A DNA stretch of 64,000 nt from Candidatus Brevefilum sp. (GTDB lineage: Bacteria > Chloroflexota > Anaerolineae > Anaerolineales > Anaerolineaceae): NCBI GenBank assembly GCA_035376985.1, contig DAOSSA010000004.1, positions 24-64,023 on the forward strand, in the 5' to 3' direction. The position numbers and the translations under genes are program-made. Under the pieces are notes generated by a model. The model made no database searches, was not told the origin of the DNA, and saw only the letters and a list, made by a program, of their open reading frames with translations. Below are positions 57,655 to 64,000 of this stretch, piece after piece (positions within the stretch are counted from its first letter, which is position 1; each line of letters starts with the position of its first letter).

Positions 57655-58704
57655 ATGGCTAGAATTTTTGATGTTGTTGAATATCCAAAAGAGATGATGG
57701 ATGAGATCGTGCATCGCTTCCCGGAGACCGGCGTTGCTGATCTGCGGATTGGATCGCAGGTGATCGTCCGTGAATCGCAAAACGTGGTCTTCATGCGTGA
57801 CGGACGTGCTTTAGATGTGTTTGGTCCCGGTCGGCACACGATCACCACTGCTAATATCCCCGGGCTGGTCGGATTGATCGGAAAAGCCTTCGGTGATCGG
57901 ACGCCGTTTACCGCCGAGGTGTTTTACGTCTCGATGCGTGAATTTGCCGATCAAAAGTGGGGCACCCCGCAACCGATTATCGTGCGCAACCCCGGTGTGG
58001 GCCTGGGCGTGGCTTTGCTACAGGGCTTTGGCACTTACAGCTTCCAGGTGGCGGATCCACAGCAATTTGTGACCCAGATCGTCGGTGCACAGGGCTTCTA
58101 CCGCACCAGCGATATCGAGAACCGCCTGCGGATGATGCTGCTGGCGAAATTGACCGATCTGCTGGGCGAGACTACTGCCAAGAGCAACGTGCTAGAGCTG
58201 ATCGGGTTGACCAATGAGCTATCAGCCGGTGTGCGCGCCAAGGCACAGGATGATTTCCGAGCGATTGGTTTGGATTTGAAATCCTTCTACATCGGCAACT
58301 TGAAACCTTCTGAAAAATCTGCAGAGGAACTGCGGGCGATGGGTATGCTCGATATGCAGACCTATACCCAGCTCCAGGCTGCGGATGCGATGCGTGACGC
58401 AGCTCAGAACCCTGCTGGCGGCGCAGGCCTGACCGCTGGCATCGGCGCCGGGATGGGAATCGGGAACGTGTTGACAGACGCTCTAAGCAGCGCCAGCCGG
58501 CCGGCTGCTGCAGCACCTGCTGCAGGCGGCGCAGGGGCAGGCGTGATGCCCGATATCATGACCCCCGTCGAAGCAGCCGAGTTCCTAAAGGTCTCGGCTG
58601 AGGACGTGGTGGCTGCCATCGAAGCCGGTGACTTGCAGGCGCGCAAAATCGGCACGGCATACCGCATCAGCAAGGAAGCACTGCAGGAATTCCTTAAGGG
58701 ATAG
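57655..58704 (+). CDS. SPFH/band-7 (YdjI-like) protein with C-terminal excisionase-type HTH
   Basis: SQVIVRESQ, FGPGRHT, QKWGTP SPFH signatures; C-terminal MTPVEAAEFLKVS...GDLQARKIGTAYRISKEAL. Confidence 0.8.
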   Translation: MARIFDVVEYPKEMMDEIVHRFPETGVADLRIGSQVIVRESQNVVFMRDGRALDVFGPGRHTITTANIPGLVGLIGKAFGDRTPFTAEVFYVSMREFADQKWGTPQPIIVRNPGVGLGVALLQGFGTYSFQVADPQQFVTQIVGAQGFYRTSDIENRLRMMLLAKLTDLLGETTAKSNVLELIGLTNELSAGVRAKAQDDFRAIGLDLKSFYIGNLKPSEKSAEELRAMGMLDMQTYTQLQAADAMRDAAQNPAGGAGLTAGIGAGMGIGNVLTDALSSASRPAAAAPAAGGAGAGVMPDIMTPVEAAEFLKVSAEDVVAAIEAGDLQARKIGTAYRISKEALQEFLKG

Positions 58705-58729
58705 TCGGAGTAAAATTTTTAAATAAAGG

Positions 58730-58753
58730 GATACCCCGCCCGCGCGGGGTATC
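58730..58753 (+). terminator. GC-rich hairpin after the SPFH gene (terminator or REP-like)
   Basis: GATACCCCGC-CCGC-GCGGGGTATC; perfect 10-bp stem. Confidence 0.55.
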
Positions 58754-58760
58754 TGGATTT

Positions 58761-58837
58761 AAATGGATAATGGGGAATAAGAAATAGGAATTAGGTGTTA
58801 GGTGTTAGGTATTAGGAATTAGGAATTAGGAATTAGA
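58761..58837. repeat. degenerate heptamer tandem array, consensus AATTAGG/TGTTAGG
   Basis: aaatgga taatggg gaataag aaatagg aattagg tgttagg tgttagg tattagg aattagg aattagg aattaga. Confidence 0.8.
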
Positions 58838-58866
58838 TGATAGAGCTTGGTTTTACCAGCTAAAAA

Positions 58867-58916
58867 GTCCCTGAAGCGCAGTGAAGGGAGCTGACGCGCA
58901 GCGAGTGGGATCAGCT
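58867..58916. repeat. left copy of the palindromic repeat flanking sucCD
   Basis: Its reverse complement AGCTGATCCCACTCGCTGCGCGTCAGCTCCCTTCACTGCGCTTCAGGGAC aligns to 61019-61086. Confidence 0.8.
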
Positions 58917-59004
58917 TTTCAACTGTCAGCGATGAACGATGAGCTACCCACCACTCGTTTATGGTATAATTTCCTCGACAATTTGTTAGACTTGAATTGA
59001 GCCC

Positions 59005-60147
59005 ATGCGACTTCACGAGTACCAATCTAAAGAAATTTTCTCTGAACATAACATTCCCATACCCCAGGGGCGGCTGGCCGCCACTCCCGAAGAAGCCCGG
59101 CTGATCGCTGATGAACTGCACGGTCCGGTTGTGCTGAAAGCCCAGGTGCTGGTGGGCGGACGCGGCAGGGCTGGCGGCATCAGCCTGGTCAACTCGTCGG
59201 ACGATGCCGAAGAAGAGGCTTCCAGGATCCTGGGGGCGCGCATTAAGGGCATCCCTGTGGGGCGCCTGCTGGTGGAGGAGGCGATCAACATCCAGCAGGA
59301 GCTTTACTTAGGGATGACTGTCGACCGTGAGCGCGGTGAAACCCTGGTGATTGCCAGTGCAGAGGGCGGAGTCAACATTGAACAGGTGGCGCAGGCATCG
59401 CCCGAGAAGATCGCCCGGTTGGGGGTCAACCCCCTGCTGGGATTGCGGGAGTTCCAGGCGCGCAACCTGGCAGCCGAGATCGAGCTGCCGCGACCACTCT
59501 GGCGAGCCTTTGTGATCCTGGCGCTGAACCTGTATAAGGCCTACCAGGATCTGGACGCCACCCTGGCCGAGATCAACCCCCTGGTGATCACCAGCGAGGG
59601 GCGCCTGGTGGCGCTGGACGGCAAGATCATTATCGATGATAACGCGCTGTTTCGACATCCCGCCTTTTTTGATAAGCGGGATACTTCCGCCGAGGCGCCT
59701 GAAGAGGCTGAGGCGCGCAAATTCGGGCTGGCTTATATCAAGATGGACGGCGACATCGGCTGTATGGTCAACGGCGCCGGGCTGGCGATGGCGACCATGG
59801 ACATCATCCAGCTTAAGGGCGGGCAAGCCGCTAACTTCCTGGATATCGGCGGCGGCGCCAGCGCAGAAAAGGTGACCGCGGCCATGCGCATTCTGCTGGC
59901 AGACCCCCAGGTAAAGGCGGTGTTGGTTAACATTTTCGGCGGCATCACCCGCTGTGACGAGGTAGCCCACGGTATCCGCATTGCGCTGGAGGAGATCGAG
60001 ACGCAGGTGCCGTTTGTGATCCGCCTGGCGGGGACCAACGAGGTCAAGGGAACCCGCATTTTGGCGGACGCCAACCTGGAGACAGCGCATACCCTCAGCG
60101 AGGCGGCTGAAATTGCGATTGCACTGGCGGGGAGGGAGACGGCATGA
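59005..60147 (+). CDS. sucC: succinate--CoA ligase (ADP-forming) beta subunit
   Basis: [61 protein letters not shown]. Confidence 0.97.
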   Translation: MRLHEYQSKEIFSEHNIPIPQGRLAATPEEARLIADELHGPVVLKAQVLVGGRGRAGGISLVNSSDDAEEEASRILGARIKGIPVGRLLVEEAINIQQELYLGMTVDRERGETLVIASAEGGVNIEQVAQASPEKIARLGVNPLLGLREFQARNLAAEIELPRPLWRAFVILALNLYKAYQDLDATLAEINPLVITSEGRLVALDGKIIIDDNALFRHPAFFDKRDTSAEAPEEAEARKFGLAYIKMDGDIGCMVNGAGLAMATMDIIQLKGGQAANFLDIGGGASAEKVTAAMRILLADPQVKAVLVNIFGGITRCDEVAHGIRIALEEIETQVPFVIRLAGTNEVKGTRILADANLETAHTLSEAAEIAIALAGRETA

Positions 60148-61013
60148 GCATTTTGGTGAATGGCAACACACGCCTGGTGGTGCAGGGCATTACCGGGCAC
60201 GAAGGCAACTTCCACGCCCAGGCGATGCTGGATTACGGCACGGATATCGTCGCCGGGGTGACCCCCGGCAAGGGCGGCGAATGGGTGCTGGGCGGCAAGG
60301 TGCCCGTGTTCGACTCGGTGCACACCGCAGTGGAGATGACCGGCGCCAACGCCAGCGTGATTTTTGTGCCGGCGCGGGCAGCTGCGGATTCCATCCTGGA
60401 GGCGGCGGATGCCGGCATCGGGCTGATCGTGTGCATCACCGAGGGCGTGCCGGTGAAAGAGATGCTGACGGTAAAGCACATGCTGACGCGCCAGAACGTG
60501 ATTCTGCTGGGGCCCAATACACCGGGAATCATCTCGCCGCCCGTTACGCGTGTGGGTATCATCCCCGGAGAGATCACTTTAGCGGGGAGTGTGGGCGTGG
60601 TGTCGCGATCGGGCACGCTGACCTACGAGGTGATGCACGCACTGATGATGGCGGGGATCGGCACCAGCAGTTGTGTGGGCGTGGGGGGCGACCCGATCAT
60701 CGGGGCAAATTTTGTGGACATCCTGTCGTATTTTGAGGGGGATTCAGCGACTGAAACCGTGGTGCTGATCGGCGAGATCGGCGGACGCGATGAGGAGCGG
60801 GCTGCGAAATATATTGCCGAAGAGATGACGAAGCCGGTGGTGGGTTTTATTGCCGGCCTGGCAGCGCCCGAGGAGACGCGCATGGGGCACGCCGGGGCGA
60901 TCGTGGAGGGGGGCGTGGGCGGCGCCAAGGACAAGGTGGCTGCGCTGGAGGCGGCTGGCGTGCGCATCGCGCGCACCCCGGAAGAGATCCCCGGGTTGAT
61001 GCGGGGGAGGTAG
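60144..61013 (+). CDS. sucD: succinate--CoA ligase alpha subunit
   Basis: [44 protein letters not shown]. Confidence 0.97.
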   Translation: MSILVNGNTRLVVQGITGHEGNFHAQAMLDYGTDIVAGVTPGKGGEWVLGGKVPVFDSVHTAVEMTGANASVIFVPARAAADSILEAADAGIGLIVCITEGVPVKEMLTVKHMLTRQNVILLGPNTPGIISPPVTRVGIIPGEITLAGSVGVVSRSGTLTYEVMHALMMAGIGTSSCVGVGGDPIIGANFVDILSYFEGDSATETVVLIGEIGGRDEERAAKYIAEEMTKPVVGFIAGLAAPEETRMGHAGAIVEGGVGGAKDKVAALEAAGVRIARTPEEIPGLMRGR

Positions 61014-61018
61014 TAGGG

Positions 61019-61086
61019 AGCTGATCCCGCTCGCTGCGCTCAGCCCCTTTCGCTTCGCTACAAGGGTTCCGCTGCGCTTCAGGGAC
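61019..61086. repeat. right, inverted copy of the palindromic repeat flanking sucCD
   Basis: AGCTGATCCCGCTCGCTGCGCTCAGCCCCTTTCGCTTCGCTACAAGGGTTCCGCTGCGCTTCAGGGAC. Confidence 0.8.
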
Positions 61087-61167
61087 GTTGAAGGGGACGG
61101 GGGGGTGAGGAATTGTTGTTTTCAATTATAATCAAACTATAGTCTTACCGGGAGGATTAATACATCT

Positions 61168-61281
61168 ATGGTCAGCAACTTTATCACAAACGATGGTGGG
61201 AGAGATCTTCGGACCCTAGAGCAATACGCTGGCGGAAAATGCTGCTGGGTACGGTTGATACAGGTGAGGAGGGCTACATAG
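61168..61281 (+). pseudogene. short ORF, possible 5' remnant of a PLD/SNF2-helicase-type defence gene
   Basis: Strong SD GGAGGA, then MVSNFITNDGGRDLRT; the FITN start resembles, from memory, N-termini of such helicases; stops after 37 codons. Confidence 0.3.
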
Positions 61282-61353
61282 CGTAGGATTCATCGCGGAG
61301 AGTGTGGAAAATTACTGAAGAAAGTCGGGCGATGATAGAAGGGAGAACTTGAG

Positions 61354-61944
61354 ATGCACAAGGATGTGATCGACATAAATTTTGAGGGCCCTTTTTACTG
61401 GGTCTCTGAACCCGATAAAACCTCGATACTTGAATCTAAGTCTTGTCGTCAATCTGGTGTCTATTTTTGGTCTATTAATTACCAGGAAAAAGAACTGGTA
61501 TATTATATTGGTCAAACAGGACGCTGGTTTTCTTCTCGGCTGGCAGAACATTTCTGTCAGCACGCATCTGGGGGGTATCATCTCTATGAACCAATTGCAT
61601 TTCTGAGTGGTGAAAAAATCCAGGTTTGGCCTGGTCGTTTTGATGCCAACCAAAGGACAACGATCCCAGATTTTTTAGTCCATTTTGATGTATTGGCGCC
61701 TGTCATAAAACAGCTGGCAGGTATTTATCGTTTTTGGGTTGCACCAATGGAAAGTGATAAGCGGCTAAGGGAACGGTTTGAAGCAGCGTTGAGCATTCAT
61801 TTATACAATCAGCCGGGAATTGTAGGCGCTTTTCAGGATCAAGGCATTCGTTATACACCACGCTGGGAGAGTGAAGTTCCGCTGAAAGCTAAAATTATTA
61901 ACTATGACAAATTCCATGGGTTGCCAGACATTCTTGACTTTTAA
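61354..61944 (+). CDS. putative GIY-YIG nuclease
   Basis: SGVYFW...YYIGQTGR...RLAEH. Confidence 0.6.
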   Translation: MHKDVIDINFEGPFYWVSEPDKTSILESKSCRQSGVYFWSINYQEKELVYYIGQTGRWFSSRLAEHFCQHASGGYHLYEPIAFLSGEKIQVWPGRFDANQRTTIPDFLVHFDVLAPVIKQLAGIYRFWVAPMESDKRLRERFEAALSIHLYNQPGIVGAFQDQGIRYTPRWESEVPLKAKIINYDKFHGLPDILDF

Positions 61945-62252
61945 CTCCTTGTTTGATTACCACGTTTGGAGTAATACGATCTAAAGAGTGGCTGAATGAT
62001 AACAAAGGGTTCAAGGACAAAACATGACCCATTACGAGATTATCTGAAAATAATATCACCCTCAAGGTGTAAAGGTGTGTTTTCATTTCTCCTAACAAAT
62101 AAGTTTCTTATATCATAACCGTGATTTTTAACTTATTGCATACTCCGCTTGATGCCATACAGTGAACCTGGTGCAAAGCGTGTACTTACGAGTTGAATCC
62201 AGGTCATAAAATAATGTTTCTCTAATTTTGTTGTGATACAATTAATGCAATT

Positions 62253-63200
62253 ATGAATACAAAGAATGAGAACCAATATCAATCAGATGGTGGTCGCTTG
62301 CCAATAATTATTAAAGAATCAAGTTTGATGTATCAAACTAAAGTTGCGATTGGTCATGAAAAAACCTGTGATTGCAAACCCAATCATCTAAATTGTATGA
62401 CGGGTAAGGAATGGATTAAAAGCCAACTTGGCGTGTGGCAGTTTTATTACGAGGGACGAGACATTCGAGATAAAAACCTTCATCCGGCTACATTTCCAAT
62501 TTCTCTATCAAAAAGAGTAATTGAACTGTTTTCTCATGAAGGAGAATTGGTGCTTGACCCATTTGTGGGAAGTGGAACCACGTTATTGGCAGCACAAGAT
62601 TTAAACCGAAATGCTGTTGGGTTTGATTTGCAAGACGATTACCTTGAACTTTGCCAGAAAAGGTTGGTCAATAATAATTTATTCAATAATTCTCAGCAGA
62701 TTGCCATTCAAGATGACGCCATGAATATTGATCAATACTTTGATCAAGAAACAATAAAATTAATTTGGACGTCACCCCCATATTCGAATTTATTAAATCG
62801 AAAACGAAAAAACAAATCACGCCGGGGTGATGAGAGAAACAATGAGCAATTTGGAAAGGTAGAACAATATTCGCAGGATCCACGTGACTTAGGAACAATG
62901 CCATTAAAACAATACACTCAAAAGATGGGTGATATATTCGAGAGATTGTTACCATTGCTTAAACCAAAAGGGCATTGTGTCATCAATGTTCCTGACATGT
63001 GGTGGGAAAACGAGAGAATCACGATCCATATTGCGCTGGTCGAAGAGTTGCGAAGACGAGGTTTTGAATTACGAAATACTATCATCTGGGATAGAACAAA
63101 TATTGTAAACCGAATCGGGATTTTTGGTTGGCCATCCAATTATATAACCATGGGAACAACCTTTGAATATTTGCTCGATTTTTGGCGCCCTCCTAATTAA
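62253..63200 (+). CDS. site-specific DNA methyltransferase, probably N4-cytosine
   Basis: HPATFP, LDPFVGSGTT (motif I) preceding WTSPPY (motif IV). Confidence 0.88.
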   Translation: MNTKNENQYQSDGGRLPIIIKESSLMYQTKVAIGHEKTCDCKPNHLNCMTGKEWIKSQLGVWQFYYEGRDIRDKNLHPATFPISLSKRVIELFSHEGELVLDPFVGSGTTLLAAQDLNRNAVGFDLQDDYLELCQKRLVNNNLFNNSQQIAIQDDAMNIDQYFDQETIKLIWTSPPYSNLLNRKRKNKSRRGDERNNEQFGKVEQYSQDPRDLGTMPLKQYTQKMGDIFERLLPLLKPKGHCVINVPDMWWENERITIHIALVEELRRRGFELRNTIIWDRTNIVNRIGIFGWPSNYITMGTTFEYLLDFWRPPN

Positions 63201-63303
63201 TCCATTGATTATGGTGATAAATGATTAATGAAGATGAATTCCCGGTTATTTTTTTGTTGATCAAAAAGTATTCTATCAAGCTGAACCTGCCTGGGGTAAT
63301 TTG

Positions 63304-64000
63304 ATGAAAATCTATTCGAAAGAAACGCTTATCGAAGAATTAGTAAACATCCGAAACATGGGTTGGATACCCAATGCGAGATGGGGCAATGTGGGCGGCA
63401 TCGGCAACACGCTTGAAGATCTGTTGGGGATTGAGGAAAATAATCTACCGATTCCTAACGCCGCTGAATGGGAGTTGAAATGTCAGAGAGCAAAATCAAC
63501 GGCATTAATGACTCTTTTTCACATGGAACCATCTCCCAGGGTGTTTAAGTTTGTTCCACAAGTTCTATTGCCAAATTATGGTTGGGAGCATCAGGAAGCC
63601 GGAAAAAAACATAGTAAAGATGAGATGAGTTTTAGACAAACCATAAGCGGTCATCAAAGAAGTGATCGAGGCTTTTCTATTAAAGTTGACCGAGAAAAAC
63701 GAAAGATCAGTGTTTCATTTGATAGTAACAGCGTTGATGGGCGCCATGGAGATTGGTTAAAATCTGTTGGTGATCGAATTGGTTTCGGTGAATTGAACCC
63801 TCAACCTTATTGGGGGTTTGATGATTTAAGAAACAAGGCAGGGACGAAGTTATTAAATTGTTTCTTTATCCGGGCTGAGACGAAAAAGATAAAAAACCAG
63901 GAATATTTCTATTATTCAACAATTATGGTGTTAGAAGAATTTGATGTCGATGGCTTGATTACTGGCTTAGAACAGGGATTTGTTTACGTTGATTTTGATG
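63304..64000 (+). CDS. MvaI/BcnI-family type II restriction endonuclease (3' end outside window; absent from the ORF track)
   Basis: MKIYSKETLIEEL..., GGIGNTLEDLLGIEENNLPIPNAAEWELK, LMTLFHMEP, SFRQTI, YWGFDDL.NK...KL.NCF. Confidence 0.85.
   Translation, partial: MKIYSKETLIEELVNIRNMGWIPNARWGNVGGIGNTLEDLLGIEENNLPIPNAAEWELKCQRAKSTALMTLFHMEPSPRVFKFVPQVLLPNYGWEHQEAGKKHSKDEMSFRQTISGHQRSDRGFSIKVDREKRKISVSFDSNSVDGRHGDWLKSVGDRIGFGELNPQPYWGFDDLRNKAGTKLLNCFFIRAETKKIKNQEYFYYSTIMVLEEFDVDGLITGLEQGFVYVDFD

Noticed and set aside
59308-60736. Long antisense and alternate-frame ORFs over sucCD (287, 248 and 207 aa)
   Set aside because: These are expected shadows of GC3-rich coding sequence and carry no recognisable motifs.
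33705-63200. Further UGA-readthrough selenoproteins among mcm, cofE, the Mo-hydroxylase subunits, yqeB and sucC
   Set aside because: Their TGA stops fall at the normal C-termini or in ATGA start/stop overlaps, with no downstream homologous continuation seen.

Overview
64 kb of bacterial chromosome whose gene content (PT-rich membrane proteins, T-box-regulated valS, RodZ with two HTH domains, core genes near 50% GC) suggests an anaerobic Chloroflexota, probably Anaerolineae (inference). Layout: (1) 1-5100, the right end of an AT-rich integrative element (ArdC-like metallopeptidase, HTH proteins, frameshifted primase-helicase, excisionase, tyrosine integrase) inserted at the 3' end of tRNA-Arg(UCG). 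(2) 5.4-16 kb: SHOCT/DUF4097 pair, serine hydrolase, a UGA-containing peroxiredoxin-like selenoprotein missed by the ORF track, gmd, T-box plus valS, heptamer and REP-like repeats, DUF6909. (3) 16-31 kb: a dense set of translation-modification genes (two rsmI, rsmE, rsmF-like, two tandem ArmA/Rmt-type 16S m7G1405 methyltransferases, tgt, a queuosine-precursor transporter, rimO). (4) rplI, mcm/mce, ppi, and pcp with a structured 5' leader. (5) A 17-kb co-oriented operon in which a complete F420 ligation/utilisation cassette (fno, cofE, 2H phosphoesterase, cofD, cofC, LLM reductase, hot-dog thioesterase) sits between ssnA and ygfM-xdhD of a selenium-dependent molybdenum-hydroxylase (purine/urate catabolism-type) locus. 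(6) mrp, ricT, PIG-L and M20 hydrolases, SPFH-HTH. (7) High-GC sucCD bracketed by inverted repeats. (8) An AT-rich defence patch with a GIY-YIG protein and an MvaI/BcnI-type restriction-modification system running off the right edge. The strongest candidates for an undescribed system are the F420-coupled Se/Mo purine-catabolism operon and the chromosomal Rmt-Rmt-RsmF-TGT-RsmI decoding-site operon.
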